Origin: Eledone cirrhosa
Lineage: Eukaryota
Assembly (NCBI GenBank): GCA_964016885.1
Contig: OZ024741.1
Location: 381,424,001-381,488,000 of the forward strand
Direction: 5' to 3'
DNA length: 64,000 nt
Below are positions 1-13,600 of this stretch, one piece after another. Every line of letters begins with the position of its first letter. Position 1 is the stretch's first letter. The notes beneath the pieces were generated by a model that was not told where the DNA came from, searched no databases, and worked only from the letters and a program-made list of their open reading frames with translations. The translations under genes and the position numbers were made by a program.

Positions 1-149
1 AGCCAAAACGACGTCTTGACAATGTCAACTTATGGACTGGACTTGATCTTTGCTCCATGAACTCTACTGTTGATGACCGAACTTTGTGGCGAGAGGTATC
101 ACATGTTAATGCGCAGTCTGAAACTGGGGGAGATTAGCGTCAAAAGATG
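1..149 (+). mobile_element. RTE-clade LINE 3' end (ORF C-terminus plus tail running into (TA)n)
   Basis: From nt 3 it reads PKRRLDNVNLWTGLDL...DDRTLWREV, matching the RTE C-terminal GRP-RW-D...DR--WR pattern. Homologous reverse copies lie at 62193-62369 and 63623-63800. Confidence 0.7.
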
Positions 150-187
150 TATTTACGCATATATATATATATATATGTATATATATA

Positions 188-784
188 TTGTTATAATTGG
201 GGAGGATCATGTTTGTGTAATATTGCCAGAATTAATAACAGAACACACTCACTGTTTGGTTGGTTTTCGCTTTTCGCTTCTGTGTCTTTTATATCGGTAA
301 TCTAATTTATTCGGTCCTCAATGTTGCCATTGACTGACCGACAGTCAAAAATAATACAGATACAATATAGACACAAACACATATATATAGTTTATCAAAG
401 TTCTTTCGTTGCACATCTGCAACATCGTCAGTGATGCTATTGTTTCCTCCCGTTACATTGTATGTCTACGCCGTTTTTATTTAGTCTAAAATAAAAATCG
501 CGTAGACATACAATGTAACGTGAGGAAACAATAGCACCACTGATGATGTTGCAGATGTGCAACGAAAGAACTTTGATAAACTATATATATATGTGTTTGT
601 GTCTATATTGTATCTGTATTATTTTTGACCGTCGGTCAGTCAATGGCAACATTGAGGACCGAATAAATTAGATTACCGATATAAAAGACACAGAAGCGAA
701 AAGCGAAAACCAACCAAACAGTGAGTTTGTTCTGTTATTAATTCTGGCAATATTACACAAATATGACCCTCCCCAAGTATAACA
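188..784. mobile_element. Penelope-like terminal repeat in fold-back (inverted) arrangement, ~295-bp arms
   Basis: Near-perfect palindrome centred at ~485 with an HHR core in each arm. The terminus ATGACCCTCC..AAGTATAACA is shared with the PLE at 37933-39952. Flanked by (TA)n. Confidence 0.8.
394..435 (-). ncRNA. Minimal hammerhead ribozyme motif (mirror copy at 536-577, +)
   Basis: ATCA-CTGACGA-T-GTTGCA-GATG-TGCAAC-GAAA-GAAC-TT-TGAT: stem I, conserved core, 6-bp stem II and a minimal stem III. Confidence 0.7.
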
Positions 785-872
785 TTATTTGTTTCGACAC
801 ACGATTTCATATAATAAACCTCGCAAATCTAATTCATCGCCGTTATGTATATATATATATATATTTCATCTG

Positions 873-939
<67 letters not shown>

Positions 940-940
<1 letters not shown>

Positions 941-1292
941 CAGATGAAATCGAAAATGCAACTGGAGTCTTATTTTTTGAAAAAAAATATATATTTATTT
1001 GGTTCCTTTAGGGTTTCGCAGTTCTTCTGCTTTTCAAAAGGTGAGTTTAGATGGAGGGTCTGTGGTTTTTCTCACATCTGATGTGAGAAAAACCACACAC
1101 CCTCCATCTCAACTCACCTTTTGAAAAGCAGAAGAACTGCGAAACCGGTAAAGGAACCAAATAAATATTTTTTTTTTTTCAAAAAATAAGACTCCAGTTG
1201 CATTTTCGATTTCATCTCTTTTTCTTTATACTTTCACTCGTGTAGGACACCTCGGTTATTTTTCATTTTGTTAAAAAAACCCTCACTTTCTA
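940..1292. mobile_element. PLE-type terminal repeat, fold-back copy (family also at 37670-37884 and 59923-60305)
   Basis: Inverted arms 942-1079 and 1080-1217, a variant HHR, and (TA)n on both sides. Confidence 0.75.
1117..1154 (+). ncRNA. Minimal hammerhead motif, U3-A8 core variant
   Basis: CCTT-TTGAAAA-GCAG-AAGAA-CTGC-GAAA-CCGG-TA-AAGG. Confidence 0.65.
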
Positions 1293-1330
1293 ATATATAT
1301 ATATATATATATATACATATATGTGTGTGT

Positions 1331-1375
<45 letters not shown>

Positions 1376-2299
1376 TGTGTGTGTGTGTGTGTGTGTGTGT
1401 ATGTAAAAGATAAACAGAAATGGAAGGGATATATTAGGTTAACGCTTGTTATAGCAGGAAGAGGGTCTTAAATTTTCGGACGCTAGTTCTTTATCAGAAG
1501 TAAGATAGATTGAGGTGACGGGCGGGATGGAATCGCATAAAATGTCTTTAGATAAAAATAACAGATCCATTCATGTTGAGATAATATATATATATATGCG
1601 TGTTTGTGTGTGTGCGTGTGTGTGTGTAAATCAAGAAACATCAGAAGATATCAATTTGAATTAATGATGCCAATGCTCTCAATAAATTGAAATGTGTTAA
1701 GGTAACCGTTGAGGTAAGCCGTAGATGTAGATCATGTACCACTCATCTAGGCCGGAGGCGAATTTGAACAGAAAAACCTATGAGCTGTCTGAATTACTCT
1801 AAACTACCTCGGTGGGCACTCCCCCATTTCAAACTGCACAAATATTTCAGATGGGTGTCATAACCCATATTTGATATTCTCTAAGTAATGGCTTTTCTTT
1901 ATATTTTGTGGGTGTTTTAAGTCTTACCCTTTATTTACAAAATAAACTGCACAAAATAAGATTTAGAACTACACAAACAAGGGTTAACTATATGTTAAAA
2001 TAATCACAAACAGTCATTCAAAAGATGATACAGGTCTGACTGAAGAAACATTCGAAGTCAAATATAATTAATATGCAGTGATACTCCAGTCTAGACTGAT
2101 GAAATCTTTGGATGGATGTATGGATCGACCCGTAACTTCTGAGGGAATCATTGATACACTGTATTGACATACAAAGCTTCTAAAGTTTTTTAAAATCTGA
2201 GAATGCCCATATCTCTCCATGTATGAATATAGCAGATTTCTTCCAGACAAGCATAGAGAATGAGTGAAATGAAGTAAAAAATGAATAGAGAAAGAATCG

Positions 2300-2450
2300 G
2301 CCCCAATTCTAGACTGGTACTTTTTTTATCGGCCTAGAATGGATGAAAGGCTCTTTTGAACTCAGCAGGACTTGAGCTCAGAGAGCAGAATGCCAAAACG
2401 AATACCGCAAAACATTCTATCGAGCATTGTAACAACTCTGCCAATTCGCG
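2300..2450 (-). mobile_element. Degenerate tRNA-derived SINE (divergent subfamily)
   Basis: Reverse strand has a TTGGCAGAGTTG A-box-like motif, a GAGCTCAAGTCC B-box-like motif and the GCCTTTCATCC...GATAAAAAAAGTACCAG core. Confidence 0.6.
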
Positions 2451-2961
2451 GTCTAGTTGAATCATGTACTTACATATAAACTGAGAGTTTTAAATGAGGG
2501 AAAATGAACAGTAGTGATATTCATTAACTATGTATAATTTATATGTGTATGGCTGTAGGATTAAAATCTCACAATGAAATGATATTACATATTATCACAT
2601 ACTAAAATTGATCAAATGTTAAATGGAAACAATAAAGAAACCAACGATATCGCTGGAGTCATCTCCTTTTACATGAAGATTAGAAATGTAAAATAACAAA
2701 AATAAACTTGCTCACATATATCGCTGAAGTCATCGACAAGTATTATTTCATGGATCATTTCCGAATGTTGTTTTTAATGAACGAGTTAATTGACCGAAAT
2801 AAAGTTGGCTACAAAAGGATAAATGGTAAAGTTGATCGCGTTTTCATTTGAAGTCATAGCGCTGAGACCTGAAATAAATACTGTCAGGCATTTTCCCAAA
2901 TGAACATCTATCTACAATAAATACATGCCAACATAGCACCTCTGACATTCTGGACAAATAA

Positions 2962-2988
2962 CACACACACATGCACATACACACACAT

Positions 2989-3022
<34 letters not shown>

Positions 3023-3035
3023 ACACACACCCACA

Positions 3036-3124
<89 letters not shown>
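2962..3124. repeat. (CA)n microsatellite (similar tracts at 1322-1402, 4594-4690, 24731-24805, 55838-55905)
   Basis: Direct reading of the sequence. Confidence 0.95.
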
Positions 3125-3129
<5 letters not shown>

Positions 3130-4590
3130 TATAAGAACAACACAGATACAATGATGAAAATTAGGTGGAAGATGTGACGGAGAATTGACTAAAGTGAGAT
3201 TTTAAAATAACTTAAACAAAAGTGTGTAAAATAGAAAATAGCACCAAAATGTAAAAAAATCCGTGTACAAGAAAAATGTTTATACCGAATAGAACGAAAA
3301 AATTGGACATGCTCTACTTTGTTAAACCCAGTATCGAAGTCGATTAAGAATAGAAGAGCATCGGAATAGAATACGAACAGATTAGCATCTATACGAAGTT
3401 TGAAAAACTTTGTTTTAAACGCGTACATCCTGTTTTTTACTTGGTGTCATTGAAAGACTTTTATTTATTGCCAATTTATTCCTGACTTACTGTACTTTGA
3501 TAAAGGTTTTAACACGAAATGACAAATCCTTTCCTTTCTTTCTATTCAATGCAAGTATTTTCTCTGTACACACGTTGTTTCTATTATGGGTATCATCTTT
3601 TCCAAGAATGTGTCTTCTTTTTTATCGTTTTGTCCCTTTCGTTTCAAATATTCGATCCCATGTACTAGTTGTTTTGTTTATATTCACCCATTTAGCTTTT
3701 CTACTGAGAAACATAATCAGCTTACTTATTATATATGTTATAATACTTTAACGTAGTATATATCTGCTCCAAATATTTAATTTGTTGAGCTGCTTATACC
3801 GTGACTACTACTTCACACCTCTTTCTAGCGGATAAAACTTCAAGTCCTATTTATGTCTGTCGCCACAATCAAAACACTTTCCACACCATGCGGTCTATAT
3901 TTATGACTGACTTTTGGAACCCGATAGATATAAAAGTATTTTTTTAAACTTTATTTGAACTTATCCGAAGACGATTCCCCTTAAATTAATTTCACGTCTT
4001 CTGCAGCTTTAATAAAATCGATATTCGGTAATTGAAAAGCGATTACTGAGATGGATTTGGCTTTGGACAACGAAGTATGAAAGGGTACAGTAAGGAAAAT
4101 AAGAAAATGTTCACCTCAAAGTATGTGCTTTTTCCTAAATATTATGTGTTTATATATGTGTACAAAATACTATTAGCTTCTCTAACGATATATGGCTCTT
4201 TTTTATTTCTATAAATATATATATCTTATAATAAGGACAATTACGCCTCTTTAACGCCGCCATTTTTCTAAATATTGGATCAACCGTGGATACAATTGTA
4301 TTCTTATATCTCCAAATATTTTTCTTAGAGAATAAATATTTCATGAATCTGTAGCCTTATTTTGTTGTCGTATGGACTTGGATTTTCCCTCAGTGATATC
4401 TTTAGGGACAATAATTTTTCTCTGTGGATGTCTACTGTAGAAAATATACGCACACATATCTGTCTACTTATTGTATTGTAAATGCACTTGAAGATGAAAC
4501 ACAGTGTAAGAGTTAAAGCATGTTTTCACCTATCTTGCTTTTTCCTCCATATATTTTTCATTATATATATATATATATATAATATGTGTG

Positions 4591-4695
<105 letters not shown>

Positions 4696-6110
4696 TGTAT
4701 CACTTTTGAGTAAGTAATATTCCCTTTTATCTCATGCACACAATTGCTTTGACACGCGGGTGATCAAACAATAAAAAGTAATGCTATGAAAAAAACAGAA
4801 ATATTAACGCAGCAATAAAGCAAATACATATTTCTATTTTATTTTCAATTTATCACGTAAATATGTAGATTATTATATTTAAACAACAAGTGTTCCCATA
4901 CAAATGATCGTAAATACAGGTTTGAATTGCTATCGCCATTTTTTTAGAGAGGAAATAACGAAATGTAATTTCATCATTAATAAAAAGTTTAAATCTAAAT
5001 TAGTTAGTAATTTGAACGGAAAAATAAGGGAAATTACCATCCTTGGCTTGATGTAAAGAGACATGGTAATTGGATGTTCCGTTGAATTGAAATATGTTTC
5101 TTATTGAGATGATACTAATGAATGTAGTAAGTCCGGTATTGGTGGCGAATTTCTGGCTGTAGAAAGATCAAGAAGTCTCCTCCAGTTGTATTTCCCACAT
5201 ACTGCCGAGAAATACCGCTGTCTGATTGATTTGATATATTATTGCGAAACCGCGAATGACACACATATTATATAGACGCATGTGTGCAACTATATAACAA
5301 TTATGTGTATAGGTTGATGCTGGCATGACAGAGTTGTTAAGAGGTTTTCATGAAGACACATGCTTAGCAACATTAGCAAGTGCCTTACAAATAATCGTCT
5401 GTCATATGACTCGAGTTTATTAGATGTAGACATCATGGAAGCTGTTAAGAAGTATATTACCTTTAATCTAAAGGGCCTGTTTCGTCTGATATTGTTCACT
5501 ATGATCTAGATCCGGAACTGGGCTCAGTGTACTCCTATTTGACGATGTCGCAGCCACATACTCATGTTAAACGTGATGGACATTCAGTTGATCGTACAAA
5601 AAAATAGTCATTGTCGAAAACGACTGAGAACCCATTAAACATGTGTGTATGAATGTATATTTATGCATATATTTAAAGTGATTCTCATGTAAACAAGAAC
5701 GGAAATATGACAAAATAGAATAGATCCAATATATTAAATTGGATGCACCTGAATGACCCAATAATCTTTACGATATGATTAAAATAAACATTTAAATAAA
5801 TTGTGTTTCTGATTTTTTTTTATACTCAGAAATATTTTGTACTTTTGACAATTGCTGAAAAACATCATTTATTTCTTGTATATTACATATAAGACGGAGT
5901 GACTCCATACAAGAAATATATAAAACAATAAATATTGTTTATATTTGGTGAAGAAAGAAATAGATCTCATGCGTGTTACGATAACATTTAATTGGTTGGT
6001 TAGGAGGCAAAGACGATATGTGCGGTTCCATCCATATTTACATACACGAACGCAAACAGACATATTTGGACAAACACACTCATACGTACTCACTGACACA
6101 GATACATTCA

Positions 6111-6195
<85 letters not shown>

Positions 6196-6471
6196 TTGTA
6201 TTATATATGCGTATCGGTGTTTGTATTAATATTTGCAAATATATGTGCATATACATACAGCAAACATATATGTATACTTACTCAAATACAGACACACATA
6301 CATACACACATGCACACACACATATACACATATATGTGTATATACCTATATAATTTCTCTGTCAGTCCAGTATATTCTAAACGTTCTAATGTTTGTTGCC
6401 TATTGCTTAGCAATTGATATAAAATATGTAATTATTTATTGATTATAATCTGAGTTTTTCGAATATTGATA

Positions 6472-6572
6472 AAAACATTCGATTCGTTTGCAATTATGCA
6501 AACAAGCCTCAATTTTATAGCCATGTCAGTAGATTGAACGCTTCATTCTTGCTCTTGTATTGGCATGTAAAC
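6472..6572 (+). repeat. Unclassified dispersed repeat (second copy at ~40678-40778)
   Basis: Shared AAAACATTCGATT.GTTTGCAATTATGCAAACAA...CCATGTCAGTAG..TGAAC.CTTCATT.TTG.TCTTGTATTG.CATGTAA. Confidence 0.7.
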
Positions 6573-6640
6573 AGAACTGCAGACACTAATGTTTCTGGGT
6601 ATCACCCTTTATCAGTACCGCTCACTGTTCACCTGCCAAA

Positions 6641-6851
6641 TGTCAGAGCTAGTGAAAATGTATGCTATTTTCTAAAATATACAGTGACTGATCGGCCTGA
6701 TTTGCATATTAGCAGACTGGCTGATACGTCAGATCTGCATATTAGCAGATCCAGAGATCAGCCAGATTTGCATATCAGTAGACTGGCCAATCAGTTTCCT
6801 GTATATTGTATACGCGCAATAAATGTCTGGCTTTGCCACATTCAAATAACA
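6641..6851 (+). mobile_element. Possible solo LTR with three internal ~30-bp repeats
   Basis: TGTCA...TAACA termini, AATAAA near the 3' end, and three copies of GAT(T/C)TGCATAT(T/C)AG(C/T)AGA. No clear TSD. Confidence 0.35.
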
Positions 6852-7160
6852 TAAAAAAAAAAAATGTTATTGTATATTTGTATATTCTTGTTTGTCATTT
6901 CCCAATATTCATACGACACCGTTCTTCACTTATGAAAATGCTGTACGTTAGTTTAGTTTATAATTTATGTTTTGCTCATGTTGTATGTTCGTTCGTCTAT
7001 TTCCCGGGCACAGTGAGACATAGCACAGTGAATTTTATTGTGATAAAACATAGTTCTGCTCACAATGATGCAAAACTATACTATTCGACGAGGAGCAGCT
7101 TGTGATCACATTCACCGATATATTCTCCTAGTTTTTCTTTCAATTTTTCAAACACAATAT

Positions 7161-7387
<227 letters not shown>

Positions 7388-10300
7388 GGGAAGAAGACGC
7401 ACGAGGTGACGGAGGTCATGAAATCGCTCCCGTAAGTTTTGAATTTTTAACATATTTAAATCATTTGTGAAATAACAACTCTTAGTACAAATGCTACGTA
7501 AAGCACCCAGCTTGAGCCACAAAAAAATTCGGACCCAAAATATATTGTTATAAGGCTCAAATATTCAAATATTCAACTTTGTATTGTACACTGTATATCC
7601 CCCCCCCCCCCAAAATGGCTATAAATGGAAGAAGAAGAAGAACCCCCCCCCCCCTCCTCTCCTCTGGCTACACTATATAGGACAGCTAAACTCACCAACA
7701 CCAGAAACTAGATACACCACCCACCCCATCATCTGTGTACACTAAACACAACAGCATTTTCACCTTCACCGCCACCGCTCACTACGGCCATCATTACCAC
7801 CACTATCCCATCACCGCCGCCACCACCCCTTGACTCCTTCACTGCTGCTGCCACCGCTACAGCACCATCACTACAGTAATACGGCTCAAATATTCAAATA
7901 TTCAACTTTGTATTGTACACTGTATATCCCCCAAAAAATAAAATGGCTATAAATGGAAGAAGAAGAACCCCCCCCCCTCCTCTCCTCTGGCTACACTATA
8001 TAGGACAGCGAAACTCACCAACACCAGAAACTAGATACACCACCCACCCCATCATCTGTGTACACTAAACACAACAGCATTTTCACCTTCACCGCCACCG
8101 CTCACTACGGCCATCATTACCACCACTATCCCATCACCGCCGCCACCACCCCCTGACTCCTTCACTGCTGCTGCCACCGCTACAGCACCATCACTACAGT
8201 AATACGGTCGCATCACCGCCACCACTGCCTCGGTATCGACATCACCACCACCACTGTCTCAGTATCGCCAACGCCGCCAGTCTCTGCTGGCTACCACTTC
8301 CACATTATAGAATTCCTACTACTAACAAAGAGGAAGGCATCAAAATATATAGATAGACTCAAAAGAAAAAAGAAAAAACAAACAACAAAAGCAGCACAGC
8401 AACAACAGTAAAAAACGAGAAAAACAGAGAAAAACAAAAACAAAAAAAGAAACCCCAAAAACGTTAAGAAAATAAGAATGAAGAGAGAAGCAGGCGGACG
8501 GACAGAGAAGAGTGGTTGACAAAAGGTACCACAGTTCTGATAATGAAAGACCGAATCAAGGGTAATGATGTTACCAACTATAGACCTATCACATGTCTGC
8601 CCGTAATGTGGAAACTGTTGACGAGCATTGTGTCTGAGGAAATCTACCATCACCTCCACACAAACAACTTGTTGCCGGACGAACAGAAAGGATGCCGAAA
8701 GAAGTCACGTGGTACAAAGGACCAGTTGCTTATTGATAAGATGGTAATGGGGAATTGCAGGAGGAGACACACTGATCTTGCCATGGGATGGATAGACTAC
8801 AGAAAGGCATTTGACATGGTGCCTCATTCCTGGATCACCAAAAGCCTGGAGGTCTTCAGGGTGGCAGATAACATCAGACAGTTGCTGGGCAGGAGTATGG
8901 GGTCCTGGGAGACAGAGTTGACATCAACTGGAGTATCCTTGGGAAGCGTGAAGATCAAGAGAGGTATCTTCCAGGGAGATAGCCTGTCCCCTCTGTTGTT
9001 TGTCCTTGCCCTGATGCCCTTGACCATTATGCTGCGAAAAGTGAGAGCAGGATACAAGTTGGGAAGGGGAGAGCTTACCATCAATCACCTCCTCTTCATG
9101 GACGATCTTAAGCTCTTCGGGAAAAGTGAGAAGGAGTTGGATGTGCTTGTTGACACTGTCCGTATTTTCAGCAGTGATATATGTATGCAGTTTGGTATTG
9201 GTAAATGTGGAGTCATTGTGATGAAGAGGGGTAGGTTGAGCAGAAGTAACGGGATCCAGATACCAACAGGTGAGATGATAAAGGAAATTGACTCTGAGGA
9301 AGGATACAAGTATTTGGGCGTTCTGGAGGCTGATGGCATAAAGAACAAAAAAATGAAGGAATTGTTAAGAACTGAATACATTCGGAGAGTAAGGAGCGTA
9401 TTGAAGTCACATCTGAACAGCAGAAATGCCATAAGCGCAGTAAATTCCCGAGCTGTGTCTATTATTAGGTACAGTGCGGGAATTCTGAGATGGAATGTTG
9501 CTGAACAAAAAGAAATGGATAGGAAGACTAGGAAGCTATTGACTATCTACAACATGTTCCACAAGAGGAGTGATGTCGATAGACTCTACCTAAGGAGATC
9601 TGAGGGTGGAAGAGGTCTTATCAGCATAGAGGACTGTGTTCAGATGGAGAAAAACAACCTATACAAATACGTGACCTATAGTAAGGAGCCAATGCTCAGA
9701 GCTGTACTGAAGGAGGGGACAGTAGGCCAGGGGATACCCAAGGAGGAAATAACATCAAGGAGGAAGAGCAGCCTTAAGGGAAAATCCCTTCATAGTACCT
9801 TCTTTGAGAAAACTGAATTTAGAGATCCACAGACATGGAACTGGTTGAGAAGAGGAGACCTCAAAAAGGCTACAGAAGGAATGCTAATGGCTGCGCAGGA
9901 GCAGGCCCTCTAAACGAAGTGGTTGAAGCACCATATCTACAAGGAGGAGGCTAGCCCACTGTGCAGGATCTGTGGAGAGAGAGAGGAGACTGTGGCTCAC
10001 ATTGTGTCCGAGTGTAAACACCTAGCCCAGACCCACTATAAGGGCTGGAGACACGATGTGATGGGCAGGGTGATCCACTGGCACCTGTGCAAAGTAAACA
10101 ATCTACCACATTCTGAGAAATGGTATGAGCATAGGCCAGAGGCGGTGATGGAGAACAGTCAGGTGAAGGTGCTGTGGGATTTTAGGATACAGACGGACAC
10201 AAAACTGGAACACAATAGACCTGACCTGGTGGTTGTGGACAAAGAAAAAAGATCGTGCCTGATTGTGGATGTGGCCTGCCCGTTCGACACGAGAGTGCAA

Positions 10301-10620
10301 GAGAAGGAGAGGGAGAAAATTAACCGATACCAGGACCTAAAGTGGGAGGTGAAAAGGATTTGGAACTGCCATGAAGTCAGAGTGATCCCGATTGTCATAG
10401 GCGCACTGGGGACTATCTCCAAAGGTTTCCAGGGATGGTTAAAGAAAATCGGCCCCTTCACGCTTTTTGGAACGCTTCAAAAGGCATGCTTGCTTGGAAC
10501 GGCAAGAACCCTCCGATACGTCCTGAATATCTAAGGCTGCAGGTAGTGGCTTGATATTCAATCCAACGGACTTTCCAGTTAACCAACATCAATGACTGAG
10601 ATTCAAGGAATAACAATAAC

Positions 10621-10653
<33 letters not shown>
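7388..10653 (+). mobile_element. R4/Dong-clade non-LTR retrotransposon, family A copy 1 (internally deleted, leader partly duplicated)
   Basis: Nearly identical to 10654-15167 but lacks 1635 bp. It has a ~330-bp tandem duplication in the leader and a (TAA)n tail. Confidence 0.9.
8516..10534 (+). pseudogene. N-terminally deleted RT-CCHC-RLE ORF with a premature stop
   Basis: Motifs [40 protein letters not shown] and NRPDLVVVD. TAA at 9911-9913 corresponds to AAA in the intact copy. Confidence 0.9.
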
Positions 10654-10660
<7 letters not shown>

Positions 10661-13600
10661 TTCGGACCCAAAATATATTGTTATAAGGCTCAAATATTCA
10701 AATATTCAACTTTGTATTGTACACTGTATATCCCCCCCCCCAAAATGGCTATAAATGGAAGAAGAAGAACCCACCCCCTCCTCTCCTCTGGCTACACTAT
10801 ATAGGAGAGCTAAACTCACCAACACCAGAAACTAGATACACCACCCACCCCATCATCTGTGTACACTAAACACAACAGCATTTTCACCTTCACCGCCACC
10901 GCTCACTACGGCCATCATTACCACCACTATCCCATCACCGCCGCCACCACCCCTTGACTCCTTCACTGCTGCTGCCACCGCTACAGCACCATCACTACAG
11001 TAATACGGTCGCATCACCGCCACCACTGCCTCGGTATCGACATCACCACCACCACTGTCTCAGTATCGCCAACGCCGCCCTCTCCCACTTCTCCCTGCTG
11101 GCTGCTACTACTACTTCCACATTATAGGATCCCTACTACTAACAAAGAGGAAGGCATCAAAATATATAGATAGACTCAAAAGAAAAAAGAAAAAACAAAC
11201 AACAAAACCAAAGCAGCACAGCAACAACAGCAAAAAACGAGAAAAACAAACAGAGAAAAACAAAAACAAAAAAAGAAACCCCAAAAACGTAAAGAAAATA
11301 AGAATGAAGAGAGAAGCAGGCGGACGGACAGAGAAGAGGGGGGAAAAAGTAAAACTTAAAAAACAAAAACTAAGTCAGACATTCGAATACTACATTACAA
11401 TGAAACTTATGCTTATTCATTTTTGGGGCCCTTTCTGCCCGTGTGTTTGTTTGTTTATGTGTGTTCGTATACAGCGTGGTGATAATGCCACACAAGGGCC
11501 AAGTGGGATGGCGGATCCACAGATGGCTATGTAAACATACATTCGCCAATCCTCGATAAGAGTGTTTAAATATCGAACATAAACAGTTCGAATAACGGTG
11601 AAATGGAGACTAGAACGTCATGTGACAGACTCTCACCCAACAGGTGCCCCCTGGCTCAGCAGCAGGAACCTGACTGTCAACCAAATACTGCTGATGTTGG
11701 AGGAAGAAGAAGAAGGAAAGGGGCCAGAACCAACTGGACGAAAGAATTGAATAGAACTGTTATGCAATGCTACCTGAAAAGTAACCCCAAGGAGAGGGGC
11801 TACAGGAGACGGATGCATAACATCTGGAACGAGATTGGTTTATTTAAATTAGATGAACAAAAATTGGCCGGGCAGGCTCGGGTAATAAGAACTAATGGGT
11901 GGATAAGCGAGCTGGAACTGGAGGAACTGAGCAGAGAGAATGGCTTGGAGATGGCGGGTGTAGTATGCCAGACAAGCGAGCCGGTTGGAAATGAAGGTGA
12001 GGAGGTTCTGAGAACGGAGGAACCACCCGAAGCAGACAATGATCTGAATACTGAGATAAATAATACCTGGAACAGAGATACGGCCACTGAGGAGATGAAT
12101 GCTGACGGGCTAGGACAAGATTCGGTTGACATCCTAAATCTAGTGGTAGATGAATTGAACAATGATAGTGGGAGACCTATGAACCTAAGATTTGTAGACA
12201 GGAAAAAGTTAAAAGAAACAACAGCTAAGGTAAACAAAGTCATCCCATACCTTGAGGCGAGGAGTCTTCACCAGTGCAACAATATCCTCAAAGCAACAGC
12301 AAATACGGTGAGGAAACTACTTGGTATAAAAGCGAGAGGAAACAACAGACAAGAAAGAGCAGAGCCGTGGTGGAAGAAGCGACTGAGTGGGCAAATCGGG
12401 GAAATGAGAAATGACATAGGAAAGCTTGAGTCACTACTGAATGGGACACTAAAAAACATAGGCACTAAAAATAGACTGGAAATAAAATACAAAACTAGGA
12501 GTAAAAAGCTAAATATTATCATAGAGGAATTGAAGCAACGCATTGTAGCAAAGAGTGCCAAAATCAGGCGATACGAGAACAGAGTCAGTCAGTATAAACA
12601 GAACCGCATGTTCGACAACAACCAGAAGATGCTGTTTGGACAGCTTGAGGGGAAAGAAAGAGGCAACGACTTGATCCCTGGGGCGGAACAAGCTAAAACA
12701 TTCTGGAGAGGAATATGGGAGCAGGATGTTAGACATAATGTCCAGGCAGGGTGGATTGAGACAGTACAGAGGGAGATCGGTGAGCAGGCACACCAACAAA
12801 CTGATTTGAGTATCACAGTTGAAACTCTTAAGGGGCAGGCCAAAAAACTAACCAACTGGAAATCACCAGGCCCAGATGGTGTGCAGGGGTATTGGATTAA
12901 ACATTTAACATCCCTCCACCCGAAGCTGACGGCCATGTTCAATGACTGCTTGGTGTCGGGTGAGGTGCCAGAGTGGTTGACAAAAGGTACCACAGTTCTG
13001 ATAATGAAAGACCGAATCAAGGGTAATGATGTTACCAACTATAGACCTATCACATGTCTGCCCGTAATGTGGAAACTGTTGACGAGCATTGTGTCTGAGG
13101 AAATCTACCATCATCTCCACACAAACAACTTGTTACCGGACGAACAGAAAGGATGCCGAAAGAAGTCACGTGGTACAAAGGACCAGTTGCTTATTGATAA
13201 GATGGTAATGGGGAATTGCAGGAGGAGACACACTGATCTTGCCATGGGATGGATAGACTACAGAAAGGCATTTGACATGGTGCCTCATTCCTGGATCACC
13301 AAAAGCCTGGAGGTCTTCAGGGTGGCAGATAACATCAGACAGTTGCTGGGCAGGAGTATGGGGTCCTGGGAGACAGAGTTGACATCAACTGGAGTATCCT
13401 TGGGAAGCGTGAAGATCAAGAGAGGTATCTTCCAGGGAGATAGCCTGTCCCCTCTGTTGTTTGTCCTTGCCCTGATGCCCTTGACCATTATGCTGCGAAA
13501 AGTGAGAGCAGGATACAAGTTGGGAAGGGGAGAGCTTACCATCAATCACCTCCTCTTCATGGACGATCTTAAGCTCTTCGGGAAAAGTGAGAAGGAGTTG

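Noticed and set aside
6690-6790. CRISPR-like short repeats (also 17905-17987)
   Set aside because: Eukaryotic context, no unique spacers of regular length and no cas genes.
7388-7520. DNA-transposon (Kolobok-like) terminus or HDV ribozyme at the extreme 5' end of A1
   Set aside because: No matching second TIR in the window and no HDV pairing pattern found.
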